A stretch of DNA of 63,927 bases, filler included, from Ionaspis alba (lineage: Eukaryota), in assembly GCA_964255285.1 (NCBI GenBank). It is 3 parts of 3 records of this genome, joined end to end, with 100 filler letters (N's around TTAATTAATTAA, not from the genome) between each part and the next. Parts side by side here need not be neighbours in the genome. Positions count along the whole stretch, not along the records: positions 22,840 to 45,470 come from CAXUUL010000199.1; 2 more parts are not named here. One strand, written 5' to 3'. The translations under genes and the position numbers were made by a program. Of the stretch, positions 24,130-37,500 are shown in pieces (position 1 is the first letter of the stretch; every line of letters starts with the position of its first letter). Under the pieces are notes generated by a model. That model worked only from the letters and a program-made list of their open reading frames with translations, searched no databases and was not told the origin of the DNA.

Positions 24130-24298
24130 CTCGATTTGGTATCACGAGAGTGAACCGGTTGTAACGACTGATGGCACTATCTACAGCTCTTCTTTTGCCA
24201 GTCTAAAAAAATGGATGTATGCGCCTCCATCTCCGCTCTACAGTCTTGTCAAGTTTACCATTATGCCAAAATGAAGCCAAAAAATATCACGAAAAAAA

Positions 24299-24378
24299 AG
24301 GTCCTGGGCGGAATCGAACCGCCGTTACCGGAAAATCGTTCTCAGAATCCGATGTGATAACCCCTACACTACAGGACC
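24299..24378 (-). tRNA. tRNA-Gln(CTG) with a short (about 8-nt) intron
   Basis: Acceptor stem GGTCCTG/CAGGACC; anticodon arm TCGGA-TT-CTG-A...T-TCCGG; T-arm GGCGG-TTCGATT-CCGCC; followed by an oligo-T Pol III terminator (A-run 24292-24299 on +). Confidence 0.92.
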
Positions 24379-25040
24379 AATTTTGGGGAGAATTCCCTAT
24401 TTCAATATAATATCGCAAATATAAGCCGATCAAGGTAATTTCTCTATATCCATGTTTCGTCCAAGTCTAGAAATAAGGGGATGTAAGCTCCCCATTCATT
24501 GGATTGACAGCGACACTGTCGTCCACAGTTTGCGCTGACAGTTCCATATCCGGTGGACTACGTAATCAAAAAGAACCCAACATTGCTCGGGGCCATACAG
24601 CAGCATGGCCATGGGAATGGTCCATTGACAGCAGTGATGAATGTGAGATTTAGCGTGAGAGTATCCTTCAATCCTGAATTGGTAGACTTGTTGGGATTCT
24701 AAATTGGAAATACCATAACGTTCTTCTACCTAAATTGATCATTATGCCTCTTTGTGAGTAATCTGTCGTCTTGATCCCATTGTTCTATCACGAACAGTCT
24801 TGACCTTCTTGTCTCTCACTCTGGCCTTCAAAGCCCTTGCAGCAACAGCATCGGAGCGTCTTATTCCTGAGAGGTATGCTCTTTTCCACGACTAAACGTC
24901 GTCCCCTTCCCGACCACTTTTTCGCACTAAGTGCCTGATCNNNNNNNNNNNNNNNNNNNNNNNNNNNNNNNNNNNNNNNNNNNNNNNNNNNNNNNNNNNN
25001 NNNNNNNNNNNNNNNNNNNNNNNNNNNNNNNNNNNNNNNN

Positions 25041-26452
25041 TCCATTGGATCCGTACAGAATATGCCAAGTAGCTGATCGACAGTCTCCCTCATGACATCC
25101 TGACCTATCCCAACGACGGCCATATGCGTTCGGAAAGCGCACGCAGCGGCTTTATAAGTTTGATGATACACCAACTTATACTCATCCTCCTCCCCATGCG
25201 AGGGCACAGACATCGAAGTAAAGTCCGCCGTGACAGGGATTTCCGAGACTGCTCTTGAATGAGCGATCTTCTTTTTTTGCTGCAATCCATACATTCGCAT
25301 CCCCGCCATAACAACTCGAGCTAGGGCAGCCTTGTTCTGCTGTTCAACGCCGTTGACAGCATCCGGGACAGGGGAGCTACTCTCGCGAGCGCTGGCACTC
25401 GTGACACGATGCAGTGAGGATCGCACAGCAGGGGCCGTAGTGCCTGCTCTACTCGAAGTCCTCATATTGTCAAGATCACGGAGAGAACCAAGGCTTTGTG
25501 ATCGAGATATGCCCAGCTTTCTTGGAAGCTTCGAAGCTGCTGTCAAGGGTGATGCAAAATTCTGGGATTCGTTCCTGTCGGCTTGGGTGCGTGGCTCCAG
25601 AGCTTTTTGGGAGCTGCCCTCGATGTATTGGGACATGTTCTTTGCAACACTCTCGCCGCCTCGTCGTTTAGCCCTTTTGACTTGCTTCGTAGCATCTTCG
25701 AATAGCGAGTCTAATCTTTGACGCTTACGAGGGCCTTCCTCTTCGACTGCAGTAGGAGGTGGAGACGGAAGGAATTGGGCAAAGCCCCCAACCAAATCTT
25801 CGGCCGTGAGGGATTGCATTTGTCTAGATCTAGACCATAGCTCTGAGGAAAGAGGCACTGCGTACAATTTGATGATTGGTGCTCGGGATCTTGAGACTGT
25901 GGCTTGGTTGTCCCCTTCCAGTCCATGATTTGGCGAGGAAGATCGTGGTGGTGTCAGTATGCCGGCCTCCTCAGCTCTTGACTGCTTGACAGTCGCTGCG
26001 TAGAGTAATAATTCCGTGGTTCTCACTCCATTCTGCGTAGCCTTCAAAGTTCCATCCACTTTTAGTAGAATTCCAACGTCAGACTGCCAACAATTCCTTG
26101 TCCACCATTCATTTCCTAGAGCGCCGCTGTCGTTGCCTTCATCACCAACAGGATTGTGAAGTAAGACATCGCCAAACCAATCCTCCGTTGCTTGGTCCTC
26201 CGTGACGACCTCAAAAGCAGGGCCTGAGACAAGATGCAATGGAACAGCAGCACAATCGACAAAAGAAAGATACGAAAAGATCACATTGTCACATACAAAA
26301 GCGGCCACCGCTCGTTCAGGGACGTGAAGCCGCACATCTGGAAATAAATTAGTCCATGAGTGACCAATACCTCTGAAGTATGGTCGGGTACCTTTCAGTA
26401 TCTTCGTAGGGTCGTTGTCATCCAGAAAGATTTGACCTGACCAGACACTCAT
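25041..26452 (-). CDS. Sld7 C-terminal-domain protein (replication initiation factor-like); true C-terminus obscured by the N gap at 24941-25040
   Basis: NKAALARVVMAGMRMYGL...EYKLVYHQTYKAAACAFR...VDQLLGIFC resembles Sld7_C; the ORF track reads through a probable intron near 26340-26390. Confidence 0.72.
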
Positions 26453-26519
26453 CGTTTATAGACAGATCTCCAGAGGTACATCATGAGATGCAGGGTAAAG
26501 AACGTGTAATACCAAGGCT

Positions 26520-26535
26520 ACGCGTAAATTCGCGT
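26520..26535. promoter_or_regulatory. MCB elements (ACGCGT, TCGCGT) upstream of the Sld7-like gene
   Basis: Perfect ACGCGT at 26520-26525 and TCGCGT at 26530-26535, about 70 bp upstream of the ATG. Confidence 0.55.
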
Positions 26536-27509
26536 GAGTATAGACCCTTGAAGCGCCACCTCTTAATTTACTGTTTAGCGCACCGACTTACGGGCACTAA
26601 TGCAGGTACGACATCCTCTCCAAGCGCGTGGAGATTATCCCTGGAAATTGTGTCATATGCCAGGATTTATCATAGGATATATACTAGACTCTCGATCGTC
26701 CAGTCGAGCCTTTGAAGGCCTAATAAGGTACCAATTTTACCATCATGGCTTCACACCAAATGGACCTGGACCCCGGGACCAATGCCTTGCTCAAGTCCAA
26801 TCTTTACCATCTACAATGGTGGGCGAATTCCTCCTAAAGTAAGTATTCCTATTACTCTAACATTACGTAGGATACTAGGTCTCGAGTTGATCTGCTTCAT
26901 TAACGTTGTTTCAGTCCTGATCGGTCATTGATTTCCATCAAAGCAGTTCGTTGACTCCTCCGATCTCATATTATAGTATTGATAGTACGATATAGCCACC
27001 CATGGTATGAAATTGGGCGTCATGTTCGCATTCTGGATGTGGGCCATCTTCTGGTACAGCAGGGTGGGAGGAACGCCAGCATCCGAACCCGATCTCTGAG
27101 ACATACCTATTTGGATGGTTATGATAGCTCTAGACGGGCTTGCTGGTGCGGTAATCGTAGAGACGTGTATGTATAGGAACACGATTCGAAGACGGTAGAG
27201 GCCGCTCTCATGTGACGAGGATCTCGATTACGATGCTTCTGCGTGGAGCCGTCCTGGAAGATCGATAAGTGCGAGAATATAGAGTATCACCGTCTTGCGC
27301 AAAAGAAATCAAGCAAGCACAAGGAGAGTTCTGTTACACAAACATCATATGATTAAACGGCATATAGCCTCATGAATTCCTTATACAACGTATCTACAAC
27401 TTTGCAAACAAACATTCGAAACACCTTTCTCCACATACCATTGCGACATAGATATACAGCAACCCCCTCCACTCGCGATGGCTTCACCAAACAGCATGAA
27501 AAAACACAA

Positions 27510-30500
27510 CTACTTAGCCAAAACATCCACCCTCCCCCTCGCCTTCTTCGCCTTCTTCACCGTCCCTCCAGTCCTCTGCTGCGGCGCCCCGATCAAATCA
27601 TCAATACTACCAGCATCACTCATACCAGTCGGGGGTCTAGATGGCGGCGCCAGACCAGCTGGTAAGCCACCTACGCCTGGCCCAGCGGTCGACGAAGANN
27701 NNNNNNNNNNNNNNNNNNNNNNNNNNNNNNNNNNNNNNNNNNNNNNNNNNNNNNNNNNNNNNNNNNNNNNNNNNNNNNNNNNNNNNNNNNNNNNNNNNGC
27801 GGCGCCAGACCAGCTGGTAAGCCACCTACGCCTGGCCCAGCGGTCGACGAAGACGAACCAGGACGGGATGTTGCGTCTCCGGCCGCAGGACTGGAAGTTG
27901 GACCAGCAAGGCCAGGAGGCGAAAGGGTCATTGGGGGACCAGAAGGCGCAGACGCAGGTGGTGAGGTCATCTGCTGCGCAGGCGGGTGCCCAAAGCCCAG
28001 GCTGGGACTTACGTTTCGAGAGCCCACGGTTGATGGTGGTCCGCTTGGGGGTAGACCAACAACACCAAGACCGACACCCCCTGGTGGTCCTGTGGAGGCG
28101 CTGACTGCTCTACTTGGTGGACCTTTTGGGGGCGGTGGGGTCGCAGCTGCTACGGGAGTGTTGTCCGCACCAGCCTTTTTGTTGACCCAGCGCTTAAGAT
28201 TGGCGTCATAGACGAAAGATGACTCTTCGCCGAGACGTGCTTTGATCGGTCCAGGTTTGGACAAGGATGGATCTTTGGCTTTCGAGCCCCAGATCGAAGG
28301 AAACCAGGAGGATGACTTTGTGGGAGCAGATGGTCGAGCGTCTTTTTGAGCTACAAGGAGAAGCTTGTCAACTTTTGGTTTAGGAAGGAAAAAGCAAAAG
28401 GACTTACCATCTGCTTCTGCAGCTTTTCGGAACGCTTCGTCTGCTTCCTTGTCCTTTTGAGCCTTCTCCTGTCTCTTGAGAGCAGCTGCTTTGGCGGCAA
28501 AATCATCGTCGTCGTCGTCGTCGTCGTCGTCCATGAAGGACTTTTTCTTCTTATCTTTCGTCTCAACCGGGGAGAGCTCTCCGTTTTGCAATTCGGGATC
28601 GTAGCTAGGTGGGTCGTAGGAGCTTGAGGCAGGAGGTTCGTAGGTATATGGCGTTGGAGGTTCCAGTGGAGCGGAAGGTGGTTGGTAGGAAGAAAATGGC
28701 TCGTGAGATGCGACTGGCTCGTATGAAGAAGATGGTATTTCATAAGAAGAGCGCGGGTGATCAAGCGATGGTGGTCCGTAAGGGAAGGAAACTGGCTCTG
28801 GTGGTGCAGAGGGTTGGTAGGAATCGGAATGATGATCTGGAGCAGCAGGAAGCGGCTTGTCAGCAACAGGGGATGGTAGATATGAAGCTGATCGTGGTCC
28901 TAAAGAGGCAGATCTAGGAGCGTAGGATCTTTCAGAATTTGGCGAAAGCCTATGAGACCCGGACCGTGGCTCGTACGGAGACGCCAGACCTTCGCGCGTG
29001 GTTGGTGGCTTCTCTTGAGCCGCAGAACCTGGCCCGTAAGCGAGCTCTGGGATCGTGTCATTAGGATGGTACAATGGATGCGGAATGTGTTGATTAGATT
29101 CAGATGATCCTTGTGAATTTTGGTCGAAGCTTCTGCGAGCTCTGGCCTCAGGGGAGTATGAAGTTTGAGTGGGAGCCATTGGTAGAGGCCGTTCAGCACC
29201 AAGAGGATAATCCGCTGTCGACGCCGGCCGTTGGACCTGCTGATACGGATTGGGTAATTGCTTTCTTAGGTGATCAGGAGAAGTAGCTGGCAAGGAAGAG
29301 TACGAGGGTTGCTTGCGAAGGTCGTTGCGCTTAAAGAGGTCGAGCTGACTAGGTCGATGAGGATCGTGATTCGATGTTGCAGAAGCGTGTTGTCCACCTG
29401 GCGCATATCGAGAATTCGCTGGTGATGCTGTAGGAAGAACTGGGACGTAGCTGCCTGCACTACCATATGAACCATATTGCTCACTCGGTGATGGCTGACG
29501 ACTTATTGAAGGTGTATCTCCTGTCACTCTTGCGAAGGGACCAGCCGCAGAGTCTACGCCGGGGCCAGATCCGGTTGAAGCAGCATCGCTTTCATCACCA
29601 GAGATGAATTGGTTGAACTTGTTCCAAACTGATCCGGAAACTTTGTCTATGCTGGGCTTCGCGATCCAGGACGACGAGCCTTCCTTTGGTGCTTGACGCA
29701 GTCTACTGCTCAAATCATCCAAGGTATTAAAGAGCTGAGCATGATAATAAGGTGACAGCTTGGTCGTCGATTTCAGAGCATTGGTGATAGCATCACAGTA
29801 TTGTTGAGCCTCCTCCCGATAACCATATTCTGCGAGTATCATGGCGTGGTATAGCTTATGCGCTTGAAGATGAGGAGCAATTGTAGAGATCGAGGACGGA
29901 GTCAAAACGGCGAAGATAAACTCGTAGATCTCTGTCAGGAATACACTATCGACATCTCTACCGTAGTCGAATGGTTTCTTGACATGGTCGGCACCAATGA
30001 GAGTGATGCTGGCTTGCGAGTCCTCCGGTCCGCCAAAAAGCCCAGGGGTTTCGGCAAAGAGGAAGCAAATGTGTGCTGCTTCCACCCTTCCATAACCCGA
30101 GAGCAATCGACCCAGAGCTACTAGAGCTCTACTGTCGTCAGAGGTTCGATTGCTGAGTATGAGACTCAGTGTCTCTTGCCATCGATTAAGTCCATCGAGT
30201 GCGTCCTTGGAAGTACCCAAGCTCTGTGTTTTGCTCATCATCTGTAAGCCTGCCCGAGCAGAGGGTGGTACGAGTTGGTCAACGCTTTCTTCCCAATTCC
30301 CTGCAAACACGTCATACATGGCTGCCAGAGATTCTGTGTTGTCACCAACTGTCCTGACCTCATGACGCACAAATTCTTGAATAACCTGCTTCCAGATTTC
30401 CTTCGGCATGGTGGACGAGATGAGCATTGCATGACCCCACAATCGCTTGTCCACAGCATACCAGACAGCCTTTTCACGCTCGCCTTGCAGTAATGCTCTC

Positions 30501-33500
30501 CGCAAACCCTCCACAGCTTCGGGATTCGCAAACACCGGAGTGGATTGAGAAATGCTTGATCTCGAAATACCTCGTGGACGAGTACTCAAGTCGTAAGAAG
30601 GCTGATCAGAAGGTCCAACGGATGCCAGGTCTGGCGATAGTATATCTCGAATAGCTTTCTCTGCTGCTGTATTTCCATTGACTACCCCATCGTACTCCAC
30701 CAAGACACGAAGAGTCTTCCACAAGAGTACCTTTTCTTCATGACGCTTTCGCCTATCGAACTCTGTCTGATTCGGCACGATGTGGATTTCCTGCCTTTCG
30801 AGTTGTTGAATGCATTTCGTGAGCCATTCGAGCACTTCCTTCTTCTTACTTTTGGATTTCAATGGGCCCGGAAATTTTGTAATATGCTCATCAAGTGGAA
30901 GAATCCTTCCGGTCTGAATCTTGACCTCGCCAGGGACACATTTGATCATGGGAATTGCCTGACCAGCTCCATACCGTGGTATGTGCTTTGGAAAGCTCGT
31001 CACGAGATTTCCGCCGAATCCAAAATTGATAATGGGACAGCCCTTCCACCGCTCCAGGGGATCGTGTTCTTGACCATCAGACGGAATTATATAATTCAAG
31101 CTGGGTGTCACTCGACTACCGGCCTGAGGAGTTTGTCTCGGTTGTGATACACCATGGATATTAGCTCGATTGTATGCAGCATGGTTGTCATGGACGGAAG
31201 GGGGCCATTGCGGCTGAGACTTAGTAAGACTTGGGCCATTGGTAAGTTCCTCTGGAGAATAAGTCTGAGGTCTCTGTGGTGGAGCGAAAGAACGGTTGTC
31301 AGGAGACAAAATCTGAGACTGTTGCAATGGGTGCTGATAAGACACAGATCGCGAGGTGACGTTCTCTCCGAGACCTGGCTCACCCATCGGTGAGCCCATG
31401 GCCGGAGCTTTTTGAGTGGCAGCAACAGGTCCTGCCGTTTGAGCAGACTTTAATGAAGGTCTCCTAGAAGTGGTAGGAAACTCCCCCATTTGCATGGATA
31501 ATTCAACTGGCTGAGATGGACGGCGGTTTTGGTAAGGTGATGATACACTTCGTGCCAATGGACTCGATGTGCGAGGCTGAAATGGCAGGGCCTGTGATAC
31601 TGACGGAGGACGAGGGGGACCTGCTGCTACAGGAGGAGTTTCGTAGCGATTACGATTTGGCGGCATATTAGGTTGAGAAGGCGGTGCGGGAGAGTATCGA
31701 GTGTTCATGGCTGGCATTGGCCGGCTCTGAGCTTCATGAGGCGCATCATTGGCAAAAGGTAACTTGCGCTCCGGTGGGAGTAGCTGGTAATCCTGCGAGG
31801 CAGGTAAAGATGGAGGGTGTGTTTGCGCTAGGGACAGAGGGAGCTGTTGCGATGGTGGGAATTGGTTGAAATTTCCTTGATGAGGTGAAATCTCGGGAGG
31901 TGGCGGTACCGTGGCTTGTGATGGATGAGGTCCATAGTGTTGACTTTGCTGGGGAGTAAACCTACCGGCACTACTGGAAGGTCGAGGTTTCGAAGCTATG
32001 GGCAAGTCTTCGAAAAAGCTTCCACTACTCGACTTTGTTGGTGGTCTGAGGATAGCAGTATTCGTTTGGGGCAAAATTGGACTGGCCATAGAAAGCGGTG
32101 CGTTAGATGTTGGGATACCAGTAGGTGAATCTTGATAAGAATAGGACGGTTGACCTTGCACAGGAAGCACAGTAGACTGGATACTGCTGCTTCGAGGGGG
32201 AGGTGGAGGAACACCGCTCGCATCTGGAGCACCCTGATGTTGTGACTGCTGCGTGGTATTTCTTTTCCTCGGGCGAGACATATCCATCGGAAGATCATAG
32301 GGTGAAGTGTAACCCCCTTTCCCTTTGTCGACAAAACTTTCAGTTTTCTCTGGCATGCTAGGCCTGGAGAGCATGTTCTGGGTGCCGTAGGAAGGAGGTT
32401 GTTGGCCTAGTCGATTGTGGAGTCCAGGGGCAGCCGCAAATGAGTTTTGAAATCCTGAAGTGGCATAACGAGGTTGGTGAGCGGGATTTGAATGGTTGCC
32501 TGCAGGAGCAAAGGCTGGTGGCTCATGCCGTGGTGTATAGCGATCTTGTCTGGGACTCCTAGCAGAATAAGATTGATCATTCGAAGTATTTTTCGTGCCA
32601 GAGTTTTGCATTTCAATCACACCAACGGAGGAAGACGAAGCTTGGTCAAAATTAGTGTTTTGCGGTTCTTCCAGGAAGCCATCTCCATCTTCATCAAAAA
32701 ACGCGCCTGGGTCAAGCGTGGATTCATCCTCGAGAAAATCGTCATCCGCCAGTGCAGCTTGCCATAAAGCTGCTAGGTCTTCGTCTTTCGGAGCGACTTC
32801 TTCTGTTATGGCGATACCGCTATTGTTCTCCCGGGATACCTCTTGCTGCAGGGTAAGATCCGAATCCGGTGGGGCTGTTGGGGATAATTCGGATTCTCTT
32901 GCCAGACCCGCCATTGGAACACGGTCCCTGACGTCTTGCGGAAGCTGCTCCCTGTCATGGATTTTTTCATGAGGCTGATATTGAAAAGAGTTCAGGATCT
33001 GAGTCGTTGACTTCCTGTCCAAGGTTTGCGGCTTGGAAAAGGTAGAGAATGCATCTTCTTGGGAGGTAGAAATATTGGCAAAGAAATCATCTTCAGAAAT
33101 TTCCTTCTCAGCTTCGTTGCTGAAAAATCCATCATTATTTGTTTGAGCACCGTCCACAAGGGACTTCTGCTGTGGATTTGCCGCTATCAGTTTCAAGCCT
33201 TCTTCAAATCTGGCTTCCTCGTCGGGCGGTATGATGGCAGCCTCGCCTCCAGATCTTTCATGATGATCAAAGAAACTCGCGTCGTTATCTGCAGCCGCAA
33301 AAAAATCCGACTTTGAAGATTGTGGCCGCAAGTCCAATTGGTCCATTAACCCATCCTCGATCCTCTCATGGCCTGACTCGCTTTCTTCCATCTCTTCCAT
33401 GATAGCGCCAGCCTGTGAATGAGAAAGCGGGTGACTCGGTATCGAGTCCGAGGGCCTGTGTAGCGGAGGAACCTCGGGAAAGGAATTGGTGTGATTCATC

Positions 33501-34027
33501 TGTGGCAGTTCCATTCCAAGCGCATTCGAGCTCAAACCCCACGCAGGATCAATCTCCCTGTCTTCACCGCCGAAAACGTCTTCCTCCTCAAGTCCCTCAT
33601 GATTTGCGACTGCCATGCGTGGTTCTGAATCTGTGTGTCCTAAGCCCTCCTTGTTGTCTAATTGACCCGATGACGACGAGAAGGTAACATAAGGCGCACC
33701 TCCTACCCTTTTGGACGTATCGTCTGTCGAATTCGATGATGTCGCTGGCTCGCGGACGTCGTCTCGGATTCGATCTGGCCGCGGCTCCGGGACGTCCACT
33801 GCTTCATTCTCAGGCGTAGCAGACTTCTCGCTCAACGGAGCTTGCGGAGAAACTGATTCGACAGGATCATGGGGTTCTGCAGCCTCAAAGAAATAATTCG
33901 AAGCATTCTGCCTAGCTGTACCATCATCCACCTCCGATGGATGCGTATCTGGTCTCAATGCTGGATGCCATGATCCAAGTCCTTGAGCTTCTTTCATCGA
34001 CACCTGCGGTCTTGATACCTCGGCCAT
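27510..34027 (-). CDS. SEC16: COPII coat assembly protein Sec16
   Basis: About 2100 aa; GCPIINFGFGG, FPGPLKSKSKKKEVL, LWGHAMLISS, LGEESSFVYDANLKRWVNKK; C-terminal SIDDLIGAP...RGRVDVLAK*; one intron near 28350-28408. Confidence 0.95.
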
Positions 34028-34505
34028 TTACAGAATCGAGAAAAGAAGGAAGAAGTGCCTACTAGACATTATCAGTCCAATTCTTAAATGTAGGGAAAGC
34101 TCGCCACTGCTGATTGCAAGCTTATCCCTTTTGCCTCGCGCGGAGCTTCGTGGATTGGCAGAGATACCTGTTCAAGCGGACTCGAATATCAGAGAACACG
34201 ACCGTCTATGCCGTGTAGATTACCCATGGTATACGCCATCGCAATGCACGCTCCTGGATGATTTGAAAGTATGAGAATCGCAAGGAGGATGCAAAGTACC
34301 GAACACATGTCGAAGTCTCGGGCGTCGGCGGAACAAAGCCACCGCCAATTTTTTTGGCCGAGGGCACTGTTATACTTAGGCGGCCACCTTGCATGTAGTT
34401 AATCTTCACTCACACAAGATCGCCCTTTACCACTCCTAATGTTCACTCATTGTCTTTACGAAGTGCCTCTGTGGGAGCATTGGGTTACGGATTCTCGATG
34501 ACACG

Positions 34506-37500
34506 ATGTCGAGAGCCCACCAATACCATCAACCTAATGCGCCGGATGCTTATGGGGGAGACCCTGACTCTGACTTGGAGCTCGACACGCAAGAGCTGGG
34601 ACCGCGACAATCTACCGGAGATAGAAGTTCCAGCAAGGCAGGGCATTTGAGCTTAGAACGCGAAGATCTCGGTGGCGAGGATCCGATACCCTTGCGAAGT
34701 TTGCGGAAAGGGGGCCTCCGGGCGTCAGGTCGAAGGAGACGATTCGATGGAGCTCAGGCAGACAGTGACCCGAGTCTCGGTGCAGATAATGGAGTAGCAT
34801 ATGGGCGGGACGGAGAAGAACCGTTGGAGAGCTACCACAATATTGGAGACGCAACTCCGCTTCTGCACTACGACTCCGAGGATGCGCAAGGACGGTCGAG
34901 AACTGGACTATTTGGCGGCTTACTACGACTTCCCAGGTTCTTGTCTAAACGACGAGGATACACAAACTTACAAGCACCAGGTCAGGCTCAACATGGTGAG
35001 GCAAAGTCAGCAGGTCCTCCGAGGACTATCCAGATTGGTCAAGCGCCGCCTCGGTTCCCTCCAAATGCAATATCAAACGCCAAATACACTCCCTGGAGCT
35101 TTCTACCACGAACTTTGTACAACGAATTTTCTTTCTTTATCAATATGTACTTTCTCCTCGTTGCCTTGTCTCAGTTGATACCCCCTTTGCGAATCGGAAT
35201 ACTATGGACCTATATTGCACCACTGGCGTTTGTTTTAACGGTCACATTGGGAAAAGAGGCATTTGATGATATTGCTCGGCGCAAGAGAGATGGGGAGGCA
35301 AACAAGGAGATATATACGATATTGAGATTGAGAGATAATACCAAATTGCTAGCAAGATCGCAGAGATCGAGGAAGAGAGCACCATCGGCTGGTCAGCGTC
35401 GACTTGATGCTATCGACGAAGAGGAAGTGAACATTGGACAAGGGAATAAATCCAACATCGAGGTGGACGAGGTCCGTGTCAAATCGCGGGATCTCAAGGT
35501 TGGAGATATCTTGAAATTAGGCAAAGACCNNNNNNNNNNNNNNNNNNNNNNNNNNNNNNNNNNNNNNNNNNNNNNNNNNNNNNNNNNNNNNNNNNNNNNN
35601 NNNNNNNNNNNNNNNNNNNNNNNNNNNNNCGTGTCAAATCGCGGGATCTCAAGGTTGGAGATATCTTGAAATTAGGCAAAGACCAAAGAGTTCCAGCAGA
35701 TCTGGTCATTTTGAAGAGCTACACGACGGAGACAGCGGCCTCAAATATGGAGGTTAGCGTTCCACAAGCTCCTGAAATCAAACAACCCGACCTACTTGTT
35801 GAGAACCCACCCAACTCTCCTGACTCGGAAAGTAATGCCTCACAATCAACTCCACAGACAACCACAGCCTCGAGTGAACAATCGCAGGCAGGCGATGGTG
35901 GTGGAGCTGGAGAAACATTCATCAGAACAGACCAATTGGACGGAGAGACTGATTGGAAACTGCGCCTGGCCTCACCTCTTACACAGTCTCTTGATCCTCG
36001 TGATTTTGTGCGGCTTACAATCACTGCTGGGAGACCGAGCCAGAAAGTGAATGAATTTGTTGGTAGTGTGGAGCTGGGTCCGATGACAGGGAATGCCATA
36101 ATGCAACAAGACGGTGCTGAGCAAGATTCCATGAGGAAAAGTCAAGTCACCTCGGCGCCTCTTTCCATCGATAATACCGCATGGGCAAACACTGTTCTCG
36201 CATCGAGCGCCACGGTATTAGCGGTGGTGGTCTATACCGGAGTCCAGACACGTCAAGCCCTCTCTACATCCTCCTCACGCTCCAAGATAGGACTTCTCGA
36301 ATACGAGATCAACAACCTGACAAAATTTCTCTGCATATTAACAATAACGCTCTCGGCTGTGCTCGTTGCTCTAGCTGCCTTCAATCAAAGACTTGAGCAG
36401 AAGTGGTATATTGCTCTGACACGCTTCCTGATTCTATTCTCGTCAATCATCCCTATCAGTCTCCGTGTCAACCTTGATCTAGGCAAGACGGTTTATGCAT
36501 ACTTCATTGAGCGAGATCTCGAGATGCCGGGAGCGGTGGTTCGAACGAGCACTATTCCTGAGGATCTGGGTCGGATTGAGTATTTATTGAGCGATAAGAC
36601 AGGCACACTGACACAAAACGAGATGGACCTGAGAAAGATACATGTTGGAACAGTATCTTATGCCAATGAGGCGATGGAAGAAGTCTCGTCCTATGTTCGC
36701 CAAGGCTTTTCCAGTACTGGCTCTTCTGATGTCAATGAGCCGGCAATGCTCGTCACCCCAGCCTCCTTACTGAATTCGACATCCACTAGCGGAACAGGCA
36801 CTAGAACACGGAGAGAGATTGGGGCTCGTGTGCGAGACATAGTCCTAGCATTAGCCCTGTGCCACAACGTAACGCCCACTACAGAGGTCGAAGACGGCCA
36901 GAATGTCATATCCTACCAAGCATCATCACCAGACGAGATCGCCATAGTAAAGTGGACAGAAAGCGTCGGTCTACGAGTTGTTCATCGAGACAGACACAGC
37001 ATCGCCTTGCAATCAGTCACTTCATCTCGCATCACCGTTCGAGTCCGAATCCTCGATGTCTTTCCCTTCACCTCCGAAGGCAAAAGAATGGGCATCATCG
37101 TTCACTTCCTCCAAGGCAATGACTCCACGCCGTCCTCCAGGACCGAAAGCGGAGAGATCTGGTTCTACCAAAAAGGCGCCGACACAGTCATGACCAAGAT
37201 AGTTGCCGCCAACGACTGGCTCGACGAAGAAACCGCTAACATGGCCCGCGAAGGTCTCCGCACTCTCGTCGTTGGTCGACGCAAGCTTTCGCCACAACAA
37301 TACGCCGACTTCGCCAGCGCCTACAAAGCCGCCTCCATGGAACTGCAATCGCGCGACGCCTCCATGGCACAAGTCCTCCACACCCACCTCGAGCACAACC
37401 TCGAGCTTCTAGGCGTCACCGGCGTCGAAGACAAACTCCAAAAAGACGTCAAGCCCTCTCTGGAACTCCTCCGCAACGCCGGCATCAAAATCTGGATGCT

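Noticed and set aside
24788..24940. C-terminal extension of the Sld7-like ORF beyond the gap
   Set aside because: The frame across 100 Ns is arbitrary, and the translation does not look like a conserved continuation
26745..27220. Possible small spliced membrane-protein gene (GTAAGT at 26839; MKLGVMFAFWMWAIFWY...)
   Set aside because: In-frame TGA mid-segment, no recognisable family, and no consistent exon chain could be built
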